Assembly (NCBI GenBank): GCA_004431415.1
Contig: QPMI01000417.1
Location: 185,554 to 249,553, forward strand
DNA from: Cyanophora paradoxa CCMP329
Taxonomy: Eukaryota; Plantae; Glaucophyta
Reading direction: 5' to 3'
DNA length: 64,000 nt
The notes under the pieces: model-generated
What the model was told of the DNA's origin: nothing
Databases searched by the model: none
Seen by the model: the letters and a program-made list of their open reading frames with translations, nothing else
Made by a program: the position numbers and the translations under genes
Part shown: piece by piece, positions 27,065 to 40,808 of the stretch
Numbering within the stretch: position 1 is the first letter of the stretch
How the letters are laid out: each line of letters begins with the position of its first letter

Positions 27065-30000
27065 ATGGCGGCCTTGATCATGAGCTCCAGCTCGGCAGCT
27101 GCAGCGCACATTCGCGCACGGACGCCCGATCGCAATCATGCGCATGACCAGCTGCAGCTTGCGAGGGACTCTATATCGCCCCCGAAATCTGCAGCAGCGG
27201 CCGGCGAGACCGCCTGGGAAGAGGACTCCCGGGATGTAAACGTGCAAGGAAGGCTGGAGCCCTCGCGATCAGGGGAGGCGGAACCCGCAGCCGATCCTGA
27301 GGCCCCGACCTCTCCGATCAGGCGACTCGTCGCGAGGTGTGCTTGCTCTCTATCGCAAGCTCGGCATATTGACATGCTAATTACAAAGCTCAATGGAGGA
27401 TAGCTATAGCTAAAGAGAAACTTGAGCCCTGGCCCGAATTTGACCCTCGCCCCGCTCTTTTTCCAGGGCGATATTGGAGCACATCGCCAGCCAGCGCCCC
27501 GCGCCGGCCGCGGATCCGGAAAACGATCGCGATGCGAGCTTGAGCGAAGGGCGGAGGAGGCCGCGGTCGCCTACAGTACGCGGGTGCGGCGAAACTGATC
27601 ATGAGCTCATAACATGTACATGTAGAGGTATCGAGCCTTCTAGCTATAAAGATTGTAATGCTTGCCATTGCGCAGTGTCTGCGGAATCTTCGATATTTCA
27701 GGTGTGAATGCAGGGCTTTGCCTGTTAAAGTCACTGAATGCTAAACCAAGCGACTCTCTTACTATCGATTCGTTGCAATTGCGGCAGGTTTTTCGGGTTC
27801 GCTGGATTTCGCGACTTTTCTCGCGAAGTTTGAATCTCCGCTTTCCATTTATGTCGACATGAAATTGAGGCTTTTGTAATTTCTGCACCCCACGCGCAGC
27901 TCTTTGCGAGCGGTGCTCTACCGACGAGAGCCTCATGGAAGAGGTGAATCTCAAACTTCGATTTATTATTTATGCCCCGCGGCTCACGTAGCGTGCACAT
28001 TTGAATTTGCTTTAATTTCCCGGATCACGCGCAGCTCTGCCTGCTCGTCAATTCTGCGTTCGGCATGGAGATTGAGACTGTGCTGCGATACGGAGGTGAT
28101 GTCCTCAGTTTCTTGGGCGACGGTGCGGCTCGAGCTTCCAGTTAAGCACTTAAAGCTTCAGTTGGGTTCTAATTGCAATCGCTTCAAGCAGGCCTTCTGG
28201 TTTTCTGGCCGATCTCTGACGATGCGGACTGCGAGGACGCATGCATTGAGGCAGTGGATCATGATCACACCGACCCGCACGCAGAGGCTTTGAACGTGCC
28301 CGCTCCTCACACCGGCGGCTCTGCATTCGCTTCCGCCCTGAACACGCCGTTCGCCTCCCGGCCCCCTTCGGCCGCGGCCGGCGCCGCTGCAGCTGGGCAC
28401 GTGTATGTGCAGCAGCAGCAGCATCAGCCTCTGGCTTCTCGGCCGCCCTCGGCGCAGGCGCAGCACAATGAGCCGTGGGCGGGCTCCCGGCGCGTCAGCC
28501 GGATGCAATCGTTCTCCACGTTTATCACGAGCGTCGGCGAAAGAATCTCCAGCGTCGGAGACAGAATTACCAGCGTCGGCGAGAGGATTTCTGATAGCGT
28601 GGCAGGAGCACTGCACATGGGGGGCCGAGGCTCCGCGTCGCTCTCGTCCCTCGTGGAACCGACTCACGTTGCATCGGCACTGGACATGGATCCCGAGATC
28701 ATACAGGCGATCGCCGCAGACCCATTCCGACGTCAGATGGGCGCGCTGGTAGCACGCGCTGCCCAGTGCGCCCTGGAGGTGCAGACGGCATTCTCGGCCA
28801 ACTTCAACAAAAACACGGAGGGAATGGGCAGCTCAATTCGCCTCCGCGTCGCGATTGCAGGTGCCGCGGTGTTTAATTTATAAAGCATTCGAGGTTGACG
28901 ATTTCGCATTAAAATGAAATGTACTTGACATGTACAGCTGGCGAGTTCAAGGAGTATTTTCTGGGCGTCGGGGGCGCCACGACGGCGGGGGCGAGCCGCG
29001 TCGACAAGAAGACGGCGCTGGCTCTGGTGGAGAAGGCCAACGGGGAGAAGGGCCGCATCAGCGGGGACACTGTGGAAGGGTTCGGGACACAGTCCTCGTA
29101 CATATTTTCGATGCATATCGATGCATAGTTAATATCCCGTCCACGTCTTGCAGACGCATGGTTCATATGATCACCTCGCATTGCATTGAAGAATGCGGAA
29201 CCGCATTGTCGGGTGCGCGATTTTGGAAACAGCGGAGCCTACTGATTTTTCTTTTGTGACTTGTGCATTGCAGGCATCGAGCCAGGTGAGGTGGCTGTCT
29301 GCGCATCGGCCCTCAGGTGGCTTCCGGCGGCTGCCGTCGGCTCCAGCGGTTTCCGGCGCCGGCACTCTGGTGGGAGCATTCGAATTCGCGGCCATGGATC
29401 GGCCTCGGACGCCGGCAGCGCCGAGCCGGCCAGTCCTCCGTCCTTCGTCGTCGTCCAGCAGGCGCAGCGCGACGCGCTCGGGGGGATCGCCCGCCGCCTC
29501 TGGCCTGACCTCTCCGGTGCGCGACTTCGAATTCCGGTTCTAGATCTGCTCTAGAATTGCACACGTGCATGTAACCCACGAAGGGTCTTTCTTGCAATCT
29601 GCAGGCGTCAACGGCGTCGACGTCAACGGTGGCCTCGGTCTCCAGTTGTGCATGCGCATGCAAGATTCCTCGAGCATTCAGCTAGCCCCCTCCGAAGAGC
29701 TTGAAGCTTCTCTGTACGTGTAAGCGCCTTTGGGAGCACGCGTTTTTAAAATCTGACAGCAAGCACGGATTCGTATTCCCGGAAGGCCGTTCACCGTACG
29801 CGCCCGGCTGGGGGACTTGCACGACTGGGCTGTGAAGACAGGAGCGCGCACACACGCGTTCGATCCCGCCCGTCACCTGTCCGAGTTCCGCCATGCGAGT
29901 ATCATGGTGCCTTCTTTGAGTTGCGTCCGCATTCTATTCTAAACCACAGCTGAAGTTCTGCAATTTTCGAATGCAGTTCGCCAAGCTAGACGGTTTGAAA

Positions 30001-33000
30001 GAAGAGCCAAACGCAATGCAGCGCGTCACGTGCACCATTTTGGTACGTATACGCAAAGACGTCGCTTGGAATTTCCCCATCCGGGCTTTGGATTTGTGCA
30101 TTTAAAACATTTGCGAGTCAGAATCTGATAGAACCCGGGTATCGATACAACTCGCACCGCAGGCTGTGTGCTACTCGCACGAGGGAACGCTTCTTCAGTT
30201 GGTGCACGACGGTAAACAGTCTATATCTGACTCTCCTCAGCGCTTTGGAGATTGCACCTCTCATGCGTGAGCGCGCGCAGATAAAGGCGTCGTCGCCATC
30301 GTTGCTTTCGGGCTGTGGCCGATCACGCACGAAGATGACCCAGTGCGAGCGACGGCATGTGGTACGCGCTCGTGCCGGAAATTCTAATATTCGCAACTTC
30401 GAGGTTCTGTAGACGATTCGACTCATTATTACTCTTTACTTCAGCGAAAGATTTGCACGCGGCATTGAAGTCGCTCGGGGTCTCAACGCACATCGGGTAC
30501 GTATATACGTGCATGCATACGTTTGTGCGGGAGTTGAGAGTTGTTTTCTTATCCCGGCTGCGCTTTCGTGCATTTCGCAGCATCACGACGGGCCTTGTTT
30601 TCTGCTCATTCGGTGAGACGAAATTCAAGCTTGAAGCTTAATTATAAGCTACCTTGCCATCGATATCGCTAAACTCGATCGCAGTTGGCTGCCCCTCGAG
30701 AAACACATTTTCAGTTTTCGGAAATGTCGTCAACAGGGCGGGTCTGCTTCTTATCGATAAACTGTGCCTCTAGCGTTCATCTGACTTTTAGCATTGCACG
30801 CGTACGTGTACAGCCCGCCTGATGGCAAAAGCGAATCTCGACGGCCAGATCTTCGTTGACTCCAGGACGAGAGAACTTGCGGGCGCGCGCATGCCGTTCA
30901 AGCTTGTCGGGGATTTCGACCTCAAGGGCATGGACGGAAAGGTCGCCTATATATGCTGTTAAAAATCGCGCGCTTGGTTCCTGTTCACGTTTCGAGCACG
31001 CGGTCGGCGGGCGACAGGTGCGGGTGTTCCAGCTTGCAACGACGTCGACAGGGGCGGATCGAGCGTCGCTCGCGGCTCATTCGAACGTCGACCCGTCGGC
31101 CAACTTTGACTCCCCCGTATACCTAACGGTGCGACGCAATCAACCCCGCGCGCAACCGCAACCGCAAAATCTTATGTCAACGAAATATCGACGTGATGCT
31201 GATTGCAATTGATTGCAACAGGGATCGTGGGACCCTAAGCTCCTCCTTGCCGGTCGCGCCGCGGAGGCCGACTCTGTCGAGCGGCTCGTCCGCTTTACGT
31301 CGCGGGCGAGCCGCTGGAACGCGAATTCGAGCGGCGGGGGCGGAGAACGCGAGGCGCCGCGGCCGCTGCTCTGGCTCGAAGGGGTGAGCGGCTCGGGAAA
31401 GACAAGTCTGGCGCAGCACTGCGCGCAGCTCGCGAGGCGGAGGAAGCTGCTCGTCGCAACGACGGCGGGAGTGGAAAGCCGCGCCTTGCAGGTCCGATCA
31501 TGATGAGGCATTTAAATTTCCTATTCCGCGCAGACAAATCAACTGCATGTTGCGCAGCCGCTGTTCGTCTGGCGCGCGATTGTGCGCGTTCTATTTCCAG
31601 AGGGCATCTCCCAGGCGAGCTCTACATTTGATTTCACATTATAAAACAAATTAAGAACAAGAAGCTGCGCTGCGTGTAGGCGTTTATAGAGTTTGACTTG
31701 CTGTGCGTGCCTGCAGATGCGCTCCCTGTTAGACGGGGAGCACGGGGAGATGAAGGCGCTCGAGAACCTCGCGGCCGTCCTCGAGTTCGACAGGCCGAAG
31801 GACGGCCCGCGACCGCAGGCGGACCGCGGATCGCAAGGCTCACAGGCATCCTTGCGCTCCATGGACGAGCTGGCCATGGCCGCCGAGCATGTCAGCGTTG
31901 TTCGGCCGTTCTCGGCCGGCGAGGAGACAGAGGACGAGTTGCACGAGCAGGAGCGGACTGCGTTGAACGTACGTACGCTTAAGCTTGAGCTCGTAGATGA
32001 AATGCATCTTTGCAAGCTTCATTTCTGCTTACACCGACTTTGTGTACGCAGTCATCCGGATCCGGTCTGGGCTTGCGCCAGGAAGGACTTAGCATGTACG
32101 ACGGCCTAGATATCGACGACGACACTATGCGGCGAGTAATGAGGTCCGTGAAAGAGCACGCGGAGTGCTGTATATGCATATGGCTATTTATCGAAAATTT
32201 CTGATCGTTGGATTATATATCTTCCAGCTGGGTCGAGTCGGTTGTGCCGACCAGCGTCAACGCGAACGTCGCCGCCGATCGCGAGCTCGAAGGGCGGCCG
32301 GCGCCGCTGCCTCCGCTCAACGCGGCGCGCGCGCGGTCACCGTCGCTCCCGACGCTCGCGGAAAGCGATCGCGACCACAAAACCGACGTCGACGCGCAGC
32401 CGATCGCGTCCAGCTCCAGTTCTCGGTCGGAGGCGGGGTGCGCGGGCTCCACGTTGGAGATCGGCCGCGGGGCTCGGGGCGCTGGCGCAAGCACGCCCAC
32501 CATTCCGTCCCTTAACCTGAGTTCCCGAGGTGCGTCGACGTCTCTGGCTGTTTCAACCTCCCCTCTCTATTTCGATCACGTCTTACACTTGACACCCCAC
32601 ACAGGTCTCTCGACGCCGACGAAGCACGAGCGGGCGCGGGCTGAATCGAAGGGCCTAGGAAAGAGCCTCTGGAAGAAGCTGCGCGCGAAAATCCAAGTAA
32701 CGAGAGACGCGAACGAGCTGCTCGCGACCGACGCCCAAGAGCCGAAACCCAAGAAAGAGAAGAACAGAAAAGGCTCGGCAGACCTTGGCAGCGCTGAAGA
32801 TCCCGCGGAGGAGTCGACGGGGCTACCGTATCTTTTGGCGTCGAAGTCGGCGCGGTCGGCCCGCCAGTACCGCGAACGCCGGAAAGTGCGCCTATTGCGA
32901 TGTTTGCCCGCATTTGTTTCGTTGATGTCCGGCTGCAGGTGAGCATCCAGTCGGATCACAGCTCGGACGCGGCGGCGGCTGCTGCGGCGGCCGCGTGGGG

Positions 33001-36000
33001 CCTGCAGGATATCGATCCCTCGAGGTCTGTGGAGGCAACCGTTTTTGAGTCGGGACTGGGCGCCGAGGCGCGCGCGCTCCTCGTAAAACTCATCACCCGC
33101 CGCGTTGCCACGTCGACGCCAGCTGTTCTTGTATTCGAGGTACAGCTGCAGCCCGCGATCATCACGCAATATCAATATAGCGCGACATCATTAAATTTTT
33201 ATAACGCTTTTCTCTCACTTGCAGGACATGCACTTGGCGGACAGCGCGAGCTGGCTCGCCCTCGCCGCCCTCGTGCAGCGCGTCGGCGCCACCGCCGCGC
33301 CCCAGCGGCGCATCGCCGTGCTCGTCACGTGCCGCCCCCTGGCTGCCGACTCGCCGGCCGAGCGCGCCGCCGCGTCGCTTGTGTCCAACCCGGCGGCCCT
33401 CCACGTCGACCTGGGACCGCTCCCAATGGAGAGCGCCGAGGCGCTCCTCTGCGCAGCGCTCAAGACGCAGCGCGTCCCGCGGACGCTGCTGGAGTTCCTC
33501 TACAACCAGGGCGAGGCGATGCCGTCGCCTATGGCCGCCCTCGCTTTCGCGCTCGTCGACGACGGCACCATCGAGGCTCGCAAAAATATAATATATATTA
33601 ATCTTCTTCTAAGATTCGTGTTTTGAGTTTCTTTCATCCAGGTATCCAAGGACGGTTCCGTGCAGTTACGAAAGGCCCTTCACCGTGTCAAACCATCGGT
33701 GTCTAAATCCCTTGCAAATTGGATCCACATTCGCATTGAAACACTTGCTAAAACATATTCGCAACAGGACGCGATTCGAGGGGCTATCATGGCGAAATTC
33801 GACAAGCTTTCGTCCTCTCAGGTATTTCAGTTCGACATTCTGCGTATTTCGAAGACACGACACTGACGCAAACCACAATGTTAACCTATTGCAGGCGATG
33901 ACGCTAAAGCTATGTTCTGTTATTGGCGTTCAATTCTGGCTTGGCGAGCTCCACGCACTTCACCCAAAGGTGCAGCATATATTACGCATGGCTTAATTTC
34001 TGTGTCGGTTTTTCAAAACAAGTCGAACGTCCATGGTTCCGATCCAATCGCGAGCAGCCAGTCAAGATGGAAGGCGATTTAGCTGTCCTGATTTCGTTAG
34101 GCATACTGGTGCGATTTCGCGTTGGCCTCGCGATCGCTTGCGCGTTTTCTAAAAATAGCTTCCCGTTAGGCCGAGTTCGACAGCGAGAGCCAGAGGCGCG
34201 AGCGCGCGGCGGTCGGCGAGGCGGCGTGGAGCGTCAGCCCGTCCCGTCGCTTCCGCTTCTGCCAGCCACTCATGCAGGCGAGCACGCCACATGTGCAATA
34301 CAAACGAGCTCTAGATCTCATCTCACGATGACCGCGGCTGCAGGAGGTCACTTACTCTCTGCTTCCTGTGTCGGAGCGGAAAGCGTTGCACCTCAAACTC
34401 GCGATGCATCACGAGGTGCGTTGCTTTCGACTTGCAACATGATTCTAGATCTCAATCAACGGGTTAAATCTCGCAGTGCAATGGAGATGCCGTCGTTCTG
34501 GCGCACCACTTTGCTGCAGCCGGCGAGCCTGACATGGCTAAGCCTCACCTTGAGGTGCTCCCATCCCAACCAAGCAGAAATACAGCCGCGTTGGCTCGAA
34601 CTCAATCCGCCAAAATTACTACAGGAATGCGCAAACACCGCGTACAAAATCGAATCGAACGTTGAGGTATGCTTGAACGCGTGCACGTGCGCCTTTAAAA
34701 AGGAGTCCTAGAATTCAATTTGAAGGGCGAAAACGCTCTAATAATTATAATAAGGCATGTGTATTGTGCTTAATTAGAATCTCGCGAACAGGCCCTGAGA
34801 ATGTACGAGGACCTCCTCCGCCTGTGCCCGGAGTCCCCGCCCAAGGACCGGGCGCGCTGGATGCGCTGCGCCGCCGACCTCTTCACGCGTATGGGGTGCG
34901 CATGCGCAATGGCTGCTGTGTCTTAGTCATCGGCGTTATATGTACCTCAATGTTTGAGTTTTAACCTGCGCGCAACCCCAGAATGCCGAACGAGGCAATG
35001 GAGCTCTGCAAGAAGGGGCTCACGCTCCTGGGGAGATCGGTCCCCAAGTGCGTACACGTCTATTACGCGTGCGACTTTGAATGCATTCTTTCTCCTCTTA
35101 TTGGCGAGCAGGTCCAAGCTCGGGCTTTGGGCCGGGCTGCGGTGGTCGACGCTCAAGGTCGTCACGAGCAGGGCGCCTACGGCCACGGACGGGTACTCGA
35201 AGCTTCGGGTGATCGACATCGACGGAAAGGGCGCATCGCACCCCGACGCCCCGGTACACCAAATAGAGCCTAAGCTTAAGCAGCCAGAATTTATACATTG
35301 AATTCAAACGCTTTACAAAGCTAATTATAAAACAACTTACGTCTGCGCCCTCCAGACACACGAAGCAATGCTTATGTTCTTCACGCTCGGGTTCAACGCG
35401 TTTCACACTGGCCAACCGCTCTTGAACGGTACGGCATTTCGACCCATGGCCAGAGCGTGCAGTCTACTTCGATCTCTGTACATGTTCTTGACGAGCACTT
35501 CGAATTCGTCGACAGGCTACTGCGTCTCGAAGCAGGCGGAGCTGGCCTGCGGCTTGCGGCTGTCTGCAAGCAAGGCAATGTTGATCGGGGCCTGCCGCGC
35601 TGCCCAGGTCCTCGGCCTCCTCAAACGGCGCTCGGCGGTCGATCAGTGGTACGTCCGCCGCCATCACCGCTAGCGCTCGCGATTGATAATATCAATACTT
35701 CTAACGTTCTCGAAGCTAGCGCTTGCGACTGAGAAGATCTTAGATCTAGAGAGGCCGATAAGCTGTTCGCAGGGCGAGATCTAGAGGCAGCTGACGCTCG
35801 CACGTGCACAGGGCAAAGCTGCTTGAAAATATTGACGACCTGCTCGTCTCCCGCGGCATCAGTTTTCTGGTTCCCATATTGATTTCCATCTCGCATTCCA
35901 ATATATACACTGATTCTTTTTATAGGAGGCGTCCATCGTCAAGCCGACGGTCGCCCACGCGTTGTTCATGTGCGAGAGTGCGTTGTTCATGATCATGTAC

Positions 36001-38206
36001 CGCGCGCGTGACACTACACGTTTATAAGTCGTACTAATCTATATCCAATTCCTCAGATCGGGAGGAGGCGGGTCGCCTCCTCCGCAAGTGGCGGGAGCGG
36101 GCGACGCGGATGCAATCCCGCACCGTCGTTGTCCGCGTTGGCCTCAGCTTCAACCAGCTCGTCTCGCGCTCTTCCCTGTGCGCCATCTAGATCGCTTAAG
36201 CGATTCTTGTATAGTTATAGTATACGAAAGCTACGCTAACGCGCGTCCGTTTGCTTTCAGCCGCGCCATGTCGCCGGACGGCAAATTCGGCTTTGCGGAC
36301 GTCCTCCTCCCGATCCTGCGGGCCAACAGGGGCGACCTTCGCGACAGGCTTCTGGACGAGCTCCACGAGGTGCTTGATATAATGATAACGAAACTGATTT
36401 TCATAGAGCTTAGATCGATACAAGCCGGGTTTCTCTAGATCTCGAGCATTGCGATATCAACTTGCAATTGATTGCTGAATTCGAGTGATTGAATTCCACA
36501 TGTAGGCGCATGCGTACGCTCTCGTCACCCTCGACCACTTGTACATGGTGCGAACTCTTTTCTTAAGTATAAATTCATCTCAAAGCGACGCTCCGCGCGG
36601 CAGGACGAGAGCCGCAAGTTCGTGGATGAGTTGGACGCCTATGCTGCCAAGGGCTTCTTTGGCAGGTGCGCATTATAACTCGAAGCCCGCCGATGCACTC
36701 CGCGGCGATCGCGGCATCCGAGCTTCGACCATCTACATCTTAATCTCGCATCACCCGTCCTTTCCTTCAAGATAGTTCGACCTAGATCAGAGATATCGTT
36801 AGCTTTGATTTACGTTGGCTTTATTGCAGTCATCAAAATTCCCGATCCACAGCCGCCCCAACTTGCAATCGCAACCCTCTCTCGCAATCTGAATGTTACA
36901 GCTCTTTTGCTGATTCGCTGCCTTCGCTAGCGACCAACTCGTGCTCGGCAAGTCAGCGGACCGAACTGGCGTCGACTGCATCTACGCCGAGGTACCCCTA
37001 TAGCTAATTATAACCCTCCTCAGGGCCTCACGAAATTAAACTCTCTTGATAATAATCGCTAGAAAAGCAAAAAGATTTCTCGATAAATACCTAAGGCGAA
37101 GCTAAGAAGCCCTCCGCGAAGCAAATCAAAATAGCGGGCTGCTGGCCAACATTAATCGTGAACGGGAGCAGACGCTGCTGTGGGCGTACGGGCCGGCGGC
37201 TCGGGCGTGGGACCACCGGACCGTGGGGCGGGTGGCCGCGGACGCCCTTCTCGGCTTCACCACCACCGGCGTCCACCAGAACGTGCGCGTCGTGCATAGC
37301 GGATCCGCACGGATAATTATAAGATTTCGGAATAGGCCACATTAACCGCGCGCATGCGCAGGTTTCTGCGGACGCCTACGCGGGGGTCTCCTTCGGCGGC
37401 TTAGTCGCTCTGTACGTCTCGCTAGTGTACACGGTCGCCGCCGACGCGGTCCGCTACGCCGTCTTCAAGCCGAGCCCGCTCGCCCTGGTCGCGAACTTTC
37501 TGCTGCCGGCCGTGGCGCCGGCGCACGCGGCGCCCTCCAGCAGCCCCGCGCTCGTGCCGGGCGCCGGGCAGAGGCGAGCGGCGCCCCGCGCCCGCTCGGC
37601 CCCGCCGGCTCCGGCGTCCTTCCCGGGCCCGCACGCCGGCGCCGGCGCCAGCACCCCCTTCCACGCCAACGCGCACTCGCCGTCGACTTCGGCCCCGCTG
37701 GTCGTCAGGCGGCCGGACCCGACGGACGCTGAGCTGCGGGAGGCCCTCGTGGTGGGCGGGCGATACATGCAGCGCTGCCTCACGCGGGAGGTCGTCCGAC
37801 CGCTCCACAGCATCGCCGGCGGCCTCGTCCGCGCCGCGCAGGACAACGTCCAGGGCGCCACGCGGCTCTTTGCTCAGGCGGCGCGCGAGGCGCGAGCCGG
37901 CGCCCACGGAAGGGATGAGGCCATGGCCCTCTTTCTTCAGGTCCTTCCCATGCGAAGAAATGCGAAAAATGCGAAAATCTAACGCGCGTTTCGCAGGCGG
38001 TGCACACACACGCGGCGCCGGAGCGGGCGGCCCTCGCAGAGGCCGCCAGGGCGGCGTCAGAGGCGGCGGGCGATCGATTTTTCGCGCGCGTCTCCGCGCA
38101 GCTTGAAGCGGCCACTTTTCGCGGAAGGGGCAGCGGCCTCGCGAAACTGAATATCGGCGGCGGCGGCGGGCCCAAGATCGAGCCCAGGGCTCCTGCGGGT
38201 CTTTAA
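27065..38206 (+). CDS. ADCY10-like soluble adenylyl cyclase: two class III cyclase domains, P-loop NTPase and helical/TPR-like tail; dozens of introns
   Basis: C1: FDISG, GGDVLSFLGD|GLLVFW, LRVAIA|AG. C2: LVHD|DKGVVAIVAFGL..HEDDPVRA, GNVVNRA|ARLM, FDLKGM. P-loop LEGVSGSGKT, Walker B LVFE|DMHLADSASW, AKFDKLS..LKLCSVIG, QEVTYSLL..ERKALH. Start and last exons are approximate. Confidence 0.88.
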
Positions 38207-39304
38207 GCGTTGCTTCTTCCGACAGCTAGCTAACAATTGCAACCTAGAATTTATTATATTCGACCACGTATACTTTTCTGTTCCGCTCTAGATCTCTGCA
38301 GCTGATCAACATGACTCAGTGATTACGTCGCCTTCAACAAGGCTTAGAGCAATCGGACCTCATGATCAGTACGCATATGTATACTACGGTACATGCATAT
38401 ATGTTTTTCGCGAGTATAGTTTCAAGATTATGAGACAGTCTTCGAATTCAACCGTTTGCGAGTCATGATCACAGCGTGAGCTTCATACGGTGTCCCGGCG
38501 GCTCAGCATTTCAACTGAATTGTCGCTTCGGTCTCTAAAGCTAGACCGTCGGACGTGTCACCAATTGCAAGTTAGGCTTTACTTAATTGGGTTCCAATAG
38601 TTTACGCTCTTTATAATTGCAGGTATTGACTCAGTGACCATGATGCTTTTTCCCCCACAGAAACAGATCTTGTATATTGCTATTCTTTAATTGCATTCTG
38701 AAGTCTAAAGTCCGTGCCCCAGCTGCAGCCCTCCTCGAGAACCGTTGAACTTGGAACCTGCGATGTGTAAAAGGGCCAGGCGGTCATCATCAGGCCCCAT
38801 GTGCACCCTAGGCCATGCAAGGCCTGCACCACTAGTACTGGGCCGGGGCCAGCATCGATATCGACGGACTGATCATGATCGCAATCAGCTGCAGGCGGCG
38901 CAGGAGCTCGTGGCTTGGCGCATACGCGCCAGCCCGCGGTCTAGCTCTGGGGTGGCGATGGCGGCAATCGCATGCAAGCTAAGTATAAGGGCCGCCGCTA
39001 CCTGCCACCAAGTGCAAGATTAAGCTTGCGCAGAGTGGCTGCGCAGAGAGCATGGTATAAATGTCATCTTTGAGAGCGGCAGACTGAACGCTTTCAAATA
39101 ACGCACCCGTTGACCTTAGATATACTTAATTTCGCGTTCTTTTAACTTCTTACGGCCTCGCAATTGACCCCGCGGACTCCGCTTTTTTTTTGTTGAAAGG
39201 AGTCGTGTCCAGCGCTATCTGCGAGCTCGAGGCCCCTTCGACTTTCGACTTCGAATTCTCCAGGGCGCCCGGCGCATTCGCGAATCGCGACCGCCGCGCG
39301 CGGC

Positions 39305-39617
39305 CCGGCCGACGCTGCCGATACATATCGATGCCGCTGGCTCAGCACCGACGCTGCCCCGGGCCCCCACCGCTAAGCGTACGCGTATACGTACGGCCGC
39401 GCCTGCGCCCCCCGCCCTCAGCGGCCCCTCAGGGGCCGCTTCTAGAACGGAAGCACGCCTAGCGCCTCCGCCACACCCGCCGGGCCGCGAGGGACCTAGT
39501 TCCCTCGTTTCTATCCTACCGGCCGACGCCGCCGATATCGATATCGATGCCGCTGGCTCAGCAGGAGCCCCAGCGCCACGCGTACGCTTACGCGTACGGC
39601 CGCGCCTGCGCCCCCCG
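39305..39617. repeat. Imperfect ~100-bp direct repeat pair at the host/virus boundary
   Basis: CCGGCCGACG..GCCGATA..ATATCGATGCCGCTGGCTCAGCA...CGTACGGCCGCGCCTGCGCCCCCC at ~39305 and ~39519. Confidence 0.75.
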
Positions 39618-40048
39618 GGCCCACCCTCCCGAGCTCGGCCCCGGCCCTCCGGTTCCGCGCGCGGCCGCGGCCGCGGCCGGTCGTAGAGCCTCGGAGGCGG
39701 GGCGCCGCTCGCGATCGCTGTGGCGGGGCGTGCGCGCACCGTGGCACGGGGCATGAATTCGAACTGCCGAAGCGGGCCGCGCGCGGAGCGTGGGGCGCGG
39801 CCGCGTGGGCGGCCCGACCTCAAATCTTAAATTATATATACGGGGGCGTCGACCTGGAATCCGCGAACCGCCAGCTCTCGAGCTTTATGAAACGATTGTT
39901 AACCCTCGGAGGTTGATGAGTCACGCGTTGCGGAGGTTGCATTGTTATATTGCATTCGGGGAGGCAGGGGGACTAACACGTCCAATGTACCCCCCGGGGC
40001 CTCCCGGCCTCTAACTAGGCTCAGGCTCTAACTGAATGCTGTACCCCC

Positions 40049-40765
40049 TCACTGGCCGAAGTGCGACGGTCCCCACTCGAGGTCGGGGTGGGGCCATGGG
40101 GGCCTCCGGCGGGGTACGATGCTCCCGCTTGCCAGCTCCATGTACTCCCCCACGGGGTTGTCTTCGTCTGCGAGGTCCTTATAGTTGCCCTTTACGAGAT
40201 CCGCTGCCGCTTTGCGCCAACGAACGGCCACGTTGTACGTGTTGTCGATGATGTTCTGTACCGTACCCTCCATGGGTATTAGAGACAGCTTATAGTCGAG
40301 GTTTCTCTTACGCAGGTTCAATTCCCTTTCGTAGTACTCCACTGCGTCCGGGAGGGCCCTGAGCTCCACCGCGTGCTCGCCCGGGTCCGACGAGCTAATG
40401 AGCCCGGAGCGCTGCAGTGCGTCTACAGCGGCCCGCATCAGGATTTTGCCCGCCCCCCGCATCGAATCCCTCTGCTCGGGCGTCCCGTACCCCCCGTGCG
40501 GCCCGTAATCGTTGTAGTAGCTTTCTATTTCGACGGTGGCTGGCTTATTGCCGACGCGAGGCTGGACGAAGCCGTATAACCATGCCATGGAGTCGTTGTC
40601 CGCGGAGCGGCCGCTCTCGGGAGACGATGAAAACACTTCGATTTTGAATTCCCTGGTCCGCCGGTTGACTCGTGTCATTAGGTTGAGGGGGTAGCGCGCA
40701 TTGCCGAATTTATCAGGAAAGAGGCGGTGTAGCTTGAACCACGCTTCCTGATCGCCGTACGACAT
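40049..40765 (-). CDS. Viral GNAT-fold acetyltransferase-like protein
   Basis: Acetyl-CoA loop-like MRGAGKILMRAAV followed by VELRALPDAVEYYERELN (motif B-like); intact 238-aa ORF. Confidence 0.6.
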   Translation of the reverse strand: MSYGDQEAWFKLHRLFPDKFGNARYPLNLMTRVNRRTREFKIEVFSSSPESGRSADNDSMAWLYGFVQPRVGNKPATVEIESYYNDYGPHGGYGTPEQRDSMRGAGKILMRAAVDALQRSGLISSSDPGEHAVELRALPDAVEYYERELNLRKRNLDYKLSLIPMEGTVQNIIDNTYNVAVRWRKAAADLVKGNYKDLADEDNPVGEYMELASGSIVPRRRPPWPHPDLEWGPSHFGQ

Positions 40766-40808
40766 TCGCTCGCGGCTCGCTGAGAATATCTACCTGTACC
40801 CCCTGCTG

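Noticed and set aside
23234-38206. Bicarbonate gene cluster (cyanase plus sAC)
   Set aside because: Proximity only; the genes are separated by FAM221A and the cyclase lacks the K95 equivalent.
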